From positions 62,001-122,923 of IMG/VR virus record IMGVR_UViG_3300044970_001619: a DNA stretch of 60,923 nucleotides; one strand, given 5' to 3'. The stretch comes from an uncultured virus (IMG/VR IMGVR_UViG_3300044970_001619). Its lineage: Duplodnaviria > Heunggongvirae > Uroviricota > Caudoviricetes. Every line of letters starts with the position of its first letter. Positions within the stretch are counted from its first letter, which is position 1. Positions 11,370 through 19,837 of the stretch are shown here, one piece after another. The notes under the pieces were generated by a model that was not told where the DNA came from, made no database searches, and was given only the letters and a program-made list of their open reading frames with translations. The translations under genes and the position numbers were made by a program.

Positions 11370-11435
11370 AACCTTACGATAAAAAAATTTGGGGAAATTT
11401 TTTTTGACCATTTTTGTAATCAAAGGTCAATTTTG
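11370..11435. repeat. A/T-tract non-coding element, copy 1 (related to 45001..45067)
   Basis: Minus strand: CAAAATTGACCTTTGATTACA...AAAAAAAT...TTTTTTTATCGTAAGGTT. Confidence 0.55.
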
Positions 11436-11438
11436 GTT

Positions 11439-11711
11439 TTAGTCATCACATGGAAGCATCTCTGGGTTCTCTAACTCTAATTCAAACATAAGTGGATGGC
11501 ATTCCTCAAGCATTAAGTAATAAGAAGATTGGTATAAGTCCTCAGGTTCATAGGATAATTCATTGTTTGCGTGTTCTACAATTTCTGTTGTGTAAAGACC
11601 ACTGTGGGGCAACTCATCAAATGTAAACGGAATACCATTTATAAAATACATAAGAACAATTTCTGTTCCACAATTATACCAACAATACGTAGTGTCTATG
11701 TGGTATTTCAT
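11439..11711 (-). CDS. Hypothetical phage protein
   Basis: 90-aa ORF; TAAATA at 11732-11737. Confidence 0.7.
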   Translation of the reverse strand: MKYHIDTTYCWYNCGTEIVLMYFINGIPFTFDELPHSGLYTTEIVEHANNELSYEPEDLYQSSYYLMLEECHPLMFELELENPEMLPCDD

Positions 11712-11741
11712 AGAACGAACCTAATTTTCTTTATTTAGAGT

Positions 11742-11915
11742 TCAATTTGAATATGTCAATTCACCACGAAGTTCTGCCAATTTTGCTTCCGCAAGACATT
11801 GAACGCAAGTCCAATATGTTTCACCACTAATGGGAAAAAACTCTTCAGTGAAATGAGATGCAACGTCCTCCTGCATTCCTTGAAGTTCACGAAGAGTTTC
11901 ACGACTAATTTGCAT
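11742..11915 (-). CDS. Small hypothetical protein (57 aa)
   Basis: Read manually: MQISRETLRELQGMQEDVASHFTEEFFPISGETYWTCVQCLAEAKLAELRGELTYSN; sigma70 promoter directly upstream. Confidence 0.7.
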   Translation of the reverse strand: MQISRETLRELQGMQEDVASHFTEEFFPISGETYWTCVQCLAEAKLAELRGELTYSN

Positions 11916-11940
11916 TTTGTAGTAATATTAGGTCTCTACT

Positions 11941-11969
11941 ATCATAGCACAAAAACTTTTGGTTGTCAA
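11941..11969 (-). promoter_or_regulatory. Sigma70-type early promoter
   Basis: TTGACA-N17-TATGAT. Confidence 0.8.
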
Positions 11970-12694
11970 GTGGTAATTTTGCCCCTACTATTGCTGTGAA
12001 AATAATCGTATCGTTTTTCACTTTCAATAATTCTATGAATAATTTCCGATGGACACTCAGTTATATCGTCCATATGTCCAACTAACTCATAGTTAAAATG
12101 TGGATTGCGAAAAAAATGTGCAGTGTCTAATCCAAATATCAAATCTTTAGTACAATTCATTCCACACACCCACAAATTTGTCTTTTTCAAGTTAATTCTT
12201 CTAATTTTTTCAGAAGGATTAAAATCTTTAGGTTTTTTATAATATAAATGAAGTCTATTCTGATTATCGGTGTTTATTCTTTTGAATTTACAATCGGTTA
12301 TAATATTTGAGCATATTGATTTCAGCTCTTCAAGTTGATATTGATTATCAACATCTAAAACTAATAGATTACTATTTGAAACTATAATTCCATAACCAGT
12401 AGTAAAAGTTAATTTTTTTTCTTTTTTGAAGTTAAATTTCAGATATGGGTCTTTTGGTTTATCTATCAACGAATATTGTATTTCAAACTGCTTAAACAAA
12501 TTTTCATATAATTCTTCTTTACTGAATGGACTTGGAAAAATATATTTTAAATCAGAGGAAACATCTCCAATAAGAGACATCTTTGGGTGCTCATCAGTAG
12601 ATAAAAAATAACTATATTCTTCTGATATTTGATTTATTGAATCTAAAACTTTTTTTTGATAATGTATGTTCAAATTATTATGTAGTATTATCAT
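11966..12694 (-). CDS. Prim-Pol (AEP superfamily)-like domain protein
   Basis: GYGIIV...LLVLDVD and INT...RLHLYYK resemble Prim-Pol motifs I and II. Confidence 0.55.
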   Translation of the reverse strand: MIILHNNLNIHYQKKVLDSINQISEEYSYFLSTDEHPKMSLIGDVSSDLKYIFPSPFSKEELYENLFKQFEIQYSLIDKPKDPYLKFNFKKEKKLTFTTGYGIIVSNSNLLVLDVDNQYQLEELKSICSNIITDCKFKRINTDNQNRLHLYYKKPKDFNPSEKIRRINLKKTNLWVCGMNCTKDLIFGLDTAHFFRNPHFNYELVGHMDDITECPSEIIHRIIESEKRYDYFHSNSRGKITT

Positions 12695-13190
12695 AAGACT
12701 GATAATACACTAAAGTGCTACCAACAGACACTTTCCACTCTGATAGTGAAGGAGCGGTTTCATTACTTGCATCTACTATTATAGAAGAAAATCTTATATT
12801 GGAACTCCCAAAACTTATACTTGGGTTCGCTACGTTTATATTTCCAACCGCACCATTGGTGTAAGTAGAATTCAAAACTTCATTTACATAGATACTTAAA
12901 GTCCCCGTGAAATCTATTGTAGGTCTGTTAAAATTAATAGTAAAAACTGTTGGACTACGGGATGAACCAGGAACTACAATGTTTCCTGAATACACATCAA
13001 ATAAATTACCATTACCCATCATATAAGTGGTCCAATTTGCAAACCGACCATAAAAAGTATTAATTCCAATTTGACCAGAACCAGGAGCACCACCACTTGA
13101 ATAATACTCATCAATTCCAATTGGATTTGACCCTCCAAATTCATCTTGGAGAGATAACAAACTAATTTGACCAGAGAGGGGAAGAACCAT
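12678..13190 (-). CDS. Tail-fibre-associated protein (tip/adhesin-like)
   Basis: LPLSGQISLLSLQDEFGGSNPIGIDEYY start typical of genes following S74-bearing fibres. Confidence 0.6.
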   Translation of the reverse strand: MVLPLSGQISLLSLQDEFGGSNPIGIDEYYSSGGAPGSGQIGINTFYGRFANWTTYMMGNGNLFDVYSGNIVVPGSSRSPTVFTINFNRPTIDFTGTLSIYVNEVLNSTYTNGAVGNINVANPSISFGSSNIRFSSIIVDASNETAPSLSEWKVSVGSTLVYYQSYDNTT

Positions 13191-13201
13191 ATTTGTTAAA
13201 T

Positions 13202-13528
13202 CTATGAGTTCCAGGGAAATTGAGATTCAACAACTAATGATTTATTATATTCAATTTGTTTTTGAATATTTTCTTCAACTTTTTCAATATCAATTTTACT
13301 CAGAATCCATTCAATAATTATATTTTCTGATAAATTTGAGTAAGGAACAAATACTTCAGATTCAATTGGAATTTCAAGTTGCAAATTAGAAGTCAATGAG
13401 GTTGCAATATTGGTTTCTAAATCCAATCCACTTATTGTCCAGACTACATTATAAATTACATCATTATGCAATTCTGTATTCTTTTTATTTAAAGAATTTA
13501 TTTTCCAAGAATATTCTATATTACTCAT
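13202..13528 (-). CDS. Tail-fibre accessory/chaperone-like protein
   Basis: YSWKI...FVPYSNLSENIIIEWI...FPW pattern; directly follows the fibre gene. Confidence 0.55.
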   Translation of the reverse strand: MSNIEYSWKINSLNKKNTELHNDVIYNVVWTISGLDLETNIATSLTSNLQLEIPIESEVFVPYSNLSENIIIEWILSKIDIEKVEENIQKQIEYNKSLVVESQFPWNS

Positions 13529-16500
13529 TTAGTCTTCTCCAATAATTAAAGTTAGTTTTTCTTTAAGAATATTTATTTGAATTTGTTGTTCTTTAATTGC
13601 TTCAATCAACAATGGAACAATCAATTCGTACTTAACTGCTTTTTCACCATCATTTCTTGTTGCCACTGCTTCAGGAAGAACTTTTTCTATTTCTTGAGCA
13701 ATGACACCAATATCATGTTTTTTTATGAAATAACCATCAACTCCTCCTTTATTTTGAATATATTCATCGGTCCAATCAAATTCAACTCCATTTATTTGCA
13801 TCAGTTTTTTGATTGGATTTTTTATATTTTCAATATTGTTTTTTAGTTTAATATCTGATGAATAGTAAGCAATAACATTTCCTGTCGCTCTTATTTCACC
13901 ACCCACAAAAAGTTTTGAGGTTGGATTTGTGGTTCCTATACCAACATTGCCATTATAAGGTGCTAATAGAACGGTATCATCTGCATTTACATCAATACTT
14001 GGAATACCAGAAGAATCGGATACAGAGAATATAGAACCACTGGTAAGATTATTTGTAATTGTAAATAATTGACCTGCAGAACCTTCAAAGGTTAAAGTTC
14101 CAAAATTTAAAGTATCATTGTGCTTGATAGTAATAACTGTTCCAATTCCTAATGTTCCAATTCCAGAAACTGGACCAGTATATGTTAAACTACTTGACCC
14201 AGTTACTGTATTAGAGGAATCTTTATAGACAATTTGATTTGAAGAACCTGCTACTGGTCCAGTAATTCCTTGAGTTCCCTGAGTACCTTGAGTTCCTTGA
14301 GTTCCCTGAAGACCTTGAGTGCCTTGAGTTCCCTGAAGACCTTGAGTGCCTTGAGTTCCTTGAGTTCCCTGAGTACCTTGAGTTCCCTGAGTTCCCTGAA
14401 GACCTTGAGTGCCTTGAGTTCCTTGAGTTCCCTGAGTACCTTGAGTTCCCTGAGTACCTTGAAGTCCCTGGAGACCCTGAGTACCCTGAGTTCCTTGAGT
14501 ACCCTGAGTTCCTTGAGTGCCTTGAGTTCCTTGAGTTCCCTGAGTACCTTGAGTTCCCTGAGTACCTTGAAGTCCCTGGAGACCCTGAGTACCCTGAGTT
14601 CCTTGAGTACCCTGAGTTCCTTGAGTTCCTTGAGTACCCTGAGTACCTTGAGTACCTTGAGTACCTTGAGTACCTTGAATGCCCTGAGTTCCTTGAGTAC
14701 CTTGAGTTCCTTGAAGTCCCTGAAGACCTTGAGTACCCTGAAGACCTTGAGTACCCTGAGTACCCTGAGTACCCTGAAGACCTTGAGTACCCTGAGTACC
14801 CTGAGTACCCTGAGTACCCTGAGTTCCTTGAGTACCTTGAGTACCTTGAGTACCTTGAGTTCCTTGAAGTCCCTGGAGACCTTGAGTACCTTGTCTTCCT
14901 TGAAGTCCTTGAAGTCCCTGAAGACCTTGAGTACCTTGAGTACCTTGAGTTCCCTGAAGACCTTGAGTACCTTGAGTACCTTGAGTTCCCTGAAGTCCCT
15001 GAGTACCTTGAGTTCCCTGAAGTCCCTGAGTACCTTGTGTTCCTTGAAGTCCTTGAATACCTTGAGTGCCCTGAGTTCCTTGTGTTCCCTGTGTACCTTG
15101 AGTTCCCTGTGTACCTTGAGTTCCCTGTGTTCCTTGTAATCCTTGTAATCCTTGAGTACCTTGAGGTCCCATAGGACCAAATACAAGGTCTTCAAATGCA
15201 AGATTGGATGTAAAAATTGAACTATCAAGATATAATGCATTTCCTGTAGAACGGGCAACAGTTCTCAGTAAAGATGAATTTTTATAGTATCTAATATTTG
15301 CACCATCATAAGTAACTGAAAGATAATCACTAATTTCATATGTAGTGCCAAGACCAGTAACAGAACCATTTTCAATTGATTTGATGTCACCATTATCCAA
15401 ATACATACCGTAATCAAAATTTTGATTACTAGATGCTGATGGATTTGTTCCTAGACCAACTATAGCACTACCACTTGTTGATGATATTCTTGATGATATG
15501 TAAGCACCAAGAACAAAACCTTGTTCTGAATAAACAGATGAGTCCCAAGTAGAATCAGAACCACCAGTTTTGGTGAATTTTGTTGGGTCGGAGGAATCTC
15601 TCGTCACATTAACTAAAACTGCAGTCCAATTGGAAGAACCACTAGTTCCACTAGTTCCACTAGTTCCCTGAAGACCTTGAGTTCCCTGAGTACCTTGAGT
15701 TCCCTGAGTACCCTGAAGTCCTTGAGTACCCTGAGTACCTTGAGTTCCCTGAGTACCCTGAAGTCCTTGAGTACCCTGAGTACCTTGAGTTCCCTGAGTA
15801 CCCTGAAGTCCTTGAGTACCTTGAGTTCCCTGAGTACCCTGAAGTCCTTGAGTACCTTGAGTTCCCTGAGTACCCTGAAGACCTTGAGATCCCTGAGTAC
15901 CTTGAGTACCTTGGGTTCCCTGAAGACCTTGAAGACCTTGAGCACCTTGAGTACCTTGGGTTCCCTGAAGACCTTGAAGACCTTGAGTTCCTTGAGTTCC
16001 CTGAGTACCTTGAGTTCCCTGAAGACCTTGAGTGCCTTGAGTTCCCTGAAGACCTTGAGTGCCTTGAGTTCCTTGAGTTCCCTGAGTACCTTGAGTTCCC
16101 TGAGTACCTTGAAGTCCCTGGAGACCCTGAGTACCCTGAGTTCCCTGAAGACCTTGAAGAGCAGCATTTTGAATTGTTGCTTTCTTTAAGTTTGTTGGGT
16201 CACTTACATCGTAAATTAACAAATAGTCACTACCAGATACCTGACCAGAAGTAAGTTCTGTTCTATCAGTTATGATTCCAGAACTAACACTTCTAATACT
16301 GGAGATAGTAACACCAGAACCTAATGTTGTTGATGTAAGAACCGAAGTGTCATTGATTTGATAAGTCTTTCCTGATTCTAAATTCCAATTCTCGGAACTC
16401 TTTAATGTGTTAGATGCATAATGCCATCGTATAAATTTTCTTACAGATGTAGAACCAATCCCTATTCCAGCTCCATTTAAGTCAATATCATTTCCTATTG

Positions 16501-17989
16501 TACTTGCAACTGCTATAAGTTTATCTGAAGAAGTTAATACTAATTCTTGGGTAGTGGATGTTGTTCCCTCAACAATCAAGTTGCCAAGGATTCTAACTGT
16601 TCCTGTAGAAACTCCTACGGTGGCAGGATTTATGAGTAATAAATTTCCACCACTAATAATATTTGTAGTAATTCCAATTGATTCAGTTACACTAGTTCCA
16701 ACTCTTAAAACTGAAGCAGTTATAATTCCTGTAGTATTAATGCTAATTGTTGTTGATACACCAAGTGCTGTAGTTGCTGTAGTTGCTGTACCTGTTAAGT
16801 TACCTACAAAACTTGAAGCAGTTATAATTCCTGTAGTGTTAATGCTTGATGTTGTACCTAAACCAACTGCTGTAGTTGCTGTTCCAATTAAGTTACCTAC
16901 AAAACTAGAAGCAGTTACAATTCCAGTAGTGTTTACACTTGATGTTGCAGTTAATCCTGAGGCAGTAGTTGCTGTTCCAGTTAAGTTACCTACAAAACTT
17001 GAAGCAGTTATAATTCCTGTAGTGTTTATATTAATACTAGAATTTACATTATTTGCTGTAGTTGCTGTAGTTGCTGTACCTGTAAGATTTCCAGTAAAAC
17101 TAGAAGCAGTTATAATTCCTGTAGTATTAATGCTAATTGTTGTTGATACACCAAGTGCTGTTGTTGCTGTAGTTGCTGTACCTGTAAGATTTCCAGTAAA
17201 ACTAGAAGCAGTTACAATACCTGTAGTGTTTACGTTAATAGTAGAACTTACATTGGATGCTGTAGTTGCTGTACCTGTAAGATTTCCAGTAAAACTAGAA
17301 GCAGTTATAATACCTGTAGTGTTTACGTTAATAGTAGAACTTACATTGGATGCTGTAGTTGCTGTACCTGTAAGATTTCCAGTAAAACTAGAAGCAGTTA
17401 TAATTCCTGTAGTGTTTATATTTGATGTTGCAGTTAATCCAGAAGCAGTAGTTGCTGTACCTGTTAAGTTACCTACAAAACTTGAAGCAATTAAATTTCC
17501 TGTAAATCTTCCAGTACCAACAACATCTAAATTATAATTTGGAGTCGTGCTTCCAATTCCCAACAAACCTGATGGGTTAAAAACAAGTTTACTGGATGGA
17601 ACTACAACTGTTGAATAAGTACCAGCATTTGCTGAAGATGGAGTCAGAATTGGATAATAATAATTATTCTCGTCAATTGCAGATATTGTATTTTTTGCTA
17701 CTCCAATGAGATCAGTACCAGATCCCACAAAAGATGTTGCAGTTACTGAACCAGAAACATTTATATTCCCTAAAACATCAAGTTTTTCTTTTGGTTGAGT
17801 AGAACCAATACCAATAGAATAAGAACTTGAGAGAATTATATTTGAGTTTACCTTCCCACCGACAGAAAAATCTGTGCTAACAGAAAATAAAGGAGCATTT
17901 ACCTGCAGAGTATCTCCACTCTCAATTAATGAAGTTCCTGCTATTCCAGTAAAATTTAGTTGATTTAAACCGAAACCTTTATCTGCCAT
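13529..17989 (-). CDS. Long tail fibre with collagen-like G-T/L-Q tracts and C-terminal peptidase S74 intramolecular chaperone
   Basis: 1486 aa; (GTQ)n tracts; YSSDIKLKNNI...IGVIAQEIEKVLPEAV...YELIVPLLIEAIKE; ATAAATA at 18003-18009. Confidence 0.85.
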   Translation of the reverse strand: MADKGFGLNQLNFTGIAGTSLIESGDTLQVNAPLFSVSTDFSVGGKVNSNIILSSSYSIGIGSTQPKEKLDVLGNINVSGSVTATSFVGSGTDLIGVAKNTISAIDENNYYYPILTPSSANAGTYSTVVVPSSKLVFNPSGLLGIGSTTPNYNLDVVGTGRFTGNLIASSFVGNLTGTATTASGLTATSNINTTGIITASSFTGNLTGTATTASNVSSTINVNTTGIITASSFTGNLTGTATTASNVSSTINVNTTGIVTASSFTGNLTGTATTATTALGVSTTISINTTGIITASSFTGNLTGTATTATTANNVNSSININTTGIITASSFVGNLTGTATTASGLTATSSVNTTGIVTASSFVGNLIGTATTAVGLGTTSSINTTGIITASSFVGNLTGTATTATTALGVSTTISINTTGIITASVLRVGTSVTESIGITTNIISGGNLLLINPATVGVSTGTVRILGNLIVEGTTSTTQELVLTSSDKLIAVASTIGNDIDLNGAGIGIGSTSVRKFIRWHYASNTLKSSENWNLESGKTYQINDTSVLTSTTLGSGVTISSIRSVSSGIITDRTELTSGQVSGSDYLLIYDVSDPTNLKKATIQNAALQGLQGTQGTQGLQGLQGTQGTQGTQGTQGTQGTQGLQGTQGTQGLQGTQGTQGTQGTQGLQGLQGTQGTQGAQGLQGLQGTQGTQGTQGSQGLQGTQGTQGTQGLQGTQGTQGTQGLQGTQGTQGTQGTQGLQGTQGTQGTQGTQGLQGTQGTQGTQGTQGLQGTSGTSGTSGSSNWTAVLVNVTRDSSDPTKFTKTGGSDSTWDSSVYSEQGFVLGAYISSRISSTSGSAIVGLGTNPSASSNQNFDYGMYLDNGDIKSIENGSVTGLGTTYEISDYLSVTYDGANIRYYKNSSLLRTVARSTGNALYLDSSIFTSNLAFEDLVFGPMGPQGTQGLQGLQGTQGTQGTQGTQGTQGTQGTQGTQGIQGLQGTQGTQGLQGTQGTQGLQGTQGTQGTQGLQGTQGTQGTQGLQGLQGLQGRQGTQGLQGLQGTQGTQGTQGTQGTQGTQGTQGTQGTQGLQGTQGTQGTQGLQGTQGLQGLQGTQGTQGTQGIQGTQGTQGTQGTQGTQGTQGTQGTQGTQGTQGLQGLQGTQGTQGTQGTQGTQGTQGTQGTQGTQGTQGLQGLQGTQGTQGTQGTQGTQGTQGLQGTQGTQGTQGTQGTQGTQGLQGTQGTQGLQGTQGTQGTQGTQGITGPVAGSSNQIVYKDSSNTVTGSSSLTYTGPVSGIGTLGIGTVITIKHNDTLNFGTLTFEGSAGQLFTITNNLTSGSIFSVSDSSGIPSIDVNADDTVLLAPYNGNVGIGTTNPTSKLFVGGEIRATGNVIAYYSSDIKLKNNIENIKNPIKKLMQINGVEFDWTDEYIQNKGGVDGYFIKKHDIGVIAQEIEKVLPEAVATRNDGEKAVKYELIVPLLIEAIKEQQIQINILKEKLTLIIGED
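14268..15170. repeat. 9-bp tandem repeat encoding Gly-Thr/Leu-Gln (about 100 triplets)
   Basis: Tandem gagtacctt/gagttccct units. Confidence 0.95.
15640..16160. repeat. 9-bp tandem repeat encoding Gly-Thr/Leu-Gln
   Basis: Second collagen-like tract of the same gene. Confidence 0.95.
16710..17500. repeat. Tandem ~93-102-bp repeats (ASSFxGNLTGTATTA...INTTGIIT)
   Basis: About eight copies in the protein; same repeat family at 18470..18910. Confidence 0.9.
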
Positions 17990-18034
17990 GAGAGTTTTTA
18001 AGTATTTATGTTTTCATTTGAAATGATAAATTAA

Positions 18035-19477
18035 TTATAATAAACTTCCTCTTACGAATCTATATGTGGTCACTCCATTTACTCCAGACTGAGGTGTAAC
18101 TTGCAATTTACAGTCAGTCCCATCCAAAGTTGCTCCAATTGCAACCAAAGCATTTTTGTTATACATAATGCCATAAGATTCAGCATTTGCAATAATGCCA
18201 TCTTGCATAATTAAAACTTTTTGAACTTGAATACTGCTACTAAATCCAATATGAACAGAATACTCAACTAATTTGAAGTCTGTAGTTGTAATGGAAAAAC
18301 TATCTATGGATGTAGTAATTCCAACTGAAGCAATAAAATTACCAGTTCCTGTTTTTACTCCATAAGTTTCAACTTGTAATGGTGTATTTGTGGAAGTTGT
18401 TGCACTTCCAATCGTAGTTATGCCAGAGACATTCAATGAAGAAACAGATGCAAAACCACTAATTACATTTGTTGCTGTAGTTGCTGTGCCTGTTAAGTTA
18501 CCTACAAAACTTGAAGCAGTTATAATTCCACTAGTGTTTATATTAATACTAGAACTTACATTATTTGCTGTAGTTGCTGTTCCAGTTAAATTACCTACAA
18601 AACTTGAAGAAGTTATAATTCCTGTGGTATTGATGCTAATTGATGTTGATACTCCAAGTGCTGTAGATGCTATGGTTGCTGTGGTTGCTGTGCCTGTTAA
18701 GTTACCTACAAAACTTGAAGAAGTTATAATACCAGTAGTGTTAATGTTTATTTCTGTGGAAACACCAGAAGCAGTGGTTGCTGTTCCAGTTAAGTTACCT
18801 ACAAAACTTGAAGCAGTTATAATACCAGTAGTGTTTATATTTGATGTTGCAGTTAATCCAGAAGCAGTAGTTGCTGTACCTGTTAAGTTACCTACAAAAC
18901 TTGAAGCACTTACAGATCCAAGAAACTTACCATTTCCACTTACATCCAGTATTTCAGTTGGAGAATTACTTCCAATTCCAATATTTCCTGAAGAATATAC
19001 AAATCCACTTGCTGCTCTAATTAAATTACCACTTCCGTGATACATTATTTGATTTGCTTGACCAGGCGCTTTTAGTGAAAATCTAATTGTCGCAATTCCA
19101 GTTTGATCGGAAACCCCAGAACCAACTGGATCTACTGACACAATATCACCAACTAAATTAAAAACATTAAAACTATTTGCTGCTCCTACTTGAATATTAT
19201 CATCAAAAATAGTGAAAGAACCGGGAATTAAACCACCAGTCAATACCTGAGAAGATGCAATCCAATATCTTTTTCCCGGATTATTTTTATTGGCAACGAG
19301 TAAATATTGATCACCAGATATTGAAGGTGGTGCTGGATTTGCACCAACTGAAGAAGGACCAACCAATGGATCTCCGAGATCTGGCTCTGCTTGATTTAAT
19401 CCTAAAAATTCATATCTATCGGATGTGATTCCTGTTCTTGTTTCTTTTTTAACTCTTCCGGAAGTGTAATTATACAT
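18035..19477 (-). CDS. Tail fibre-like protein (third gene of cassette 2)
   Basis: N-terminus MYNYTSGRVKK...DRYEFLGLNQAEPDLGDP, homologous to 24171..26219; GNLTGTATTA repeats. Confidence 0.75.
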   Translation of the reverse strand: MYNYTSGRVKKETRTGITSDRYEFLGLNQAEPDLGDPLVGPSSVGANPAPPSISGDQYLLVANKNNPGKRYWIASSQVLTGGLIPGSFTIFDDNIQVGAANSFNVFNLVGDIVSVDPVGSGVSDQTGIATIRFSLKAPGQANQIMYHGSGNLIRAASGFVYSSGNIGIGSNSPTEILDVSGNGKFLGSVSASSFVGNLTGTATTASGLTATSNINTTGIITASSFVGNLTGTATTASGVSTEININTTGIITSSSFVGNLTGTATTATIASTALGVSTSISINTTGIITSSSFVGNLTGTATTANNVSSSININTSGIITASSFVGNLTGTATTATNVISGFASVSSLNVSGITTIGSATTSTNTPLQVETYGVKTGTGNFIASVGITTSIDSFSITTTDFKLVEYSVHIGFSSSIQVQKVLIMQDGIIANAESYGIMYNKNALVAIGATLDGTDCKLQVTPQSGVNGVTTYRFVRGSLL

Positions 19478-19482
19478 TTATA

Positions 19483-19836
19483 TTATCCTTTTGCAGTTTC
19501 TAAAACACTCAACACAATATTTAAATTATCATCAGAATTTGCCGAAACTTTAATTACATCACCAGTTTCCAACACAAGTCTTCCGTCTGGAATTAAATTT
19601 ACAGAATCATTGGGGGGAACAGAAACATTATTTGCAAATTTATAATCAGTGGGAGATTCTGTGCTTCTAGAATGAACAGCAGTCACTGTATAAGTGGTTG
19701 ATCCTGTTGAGACATTTGTTACTTGTGCCAAAATTACAATTGAAGCAACTCCAGATGGACAAGTATAAATTCCAACGTTGGAAGTGGTTAAATTTTTTCT
19801 TACAGTTTTAAATGTATTAAGTGCTACTACTGCCAT
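19483..19836 (-). CDS. Small virion structural protein (cassette paralog 2)
   Basis: 117 aa; ILAQVTNV...DGRLVLE...SVLET. Confidence 0.75.
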   Translation of the reverse strand: MAVVALNTFKTVRKNLTTSNVGIYTCPSGVASIVILAQVTNVSTGSTTYTVTAVHSRSTESPTDYKFANNVSVPPNDSVNLIPDGRLVLETGDVIKVSANSDDNLNIVLSVLETAKG

Positions 19837-19837
19837 T

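Noticed and set aside
14251..16189. Long alternate-frame and antisense ORFs (LKV/LRE and LST/LSS repeats)
   Set aside because: Shadows of the stop-free 9-bp GTQ repeat
16554..19040. Plus-strand ORFs 16554..17537 and 18390..19040
   Set aside because: Antisense shadows of the fibre repeats
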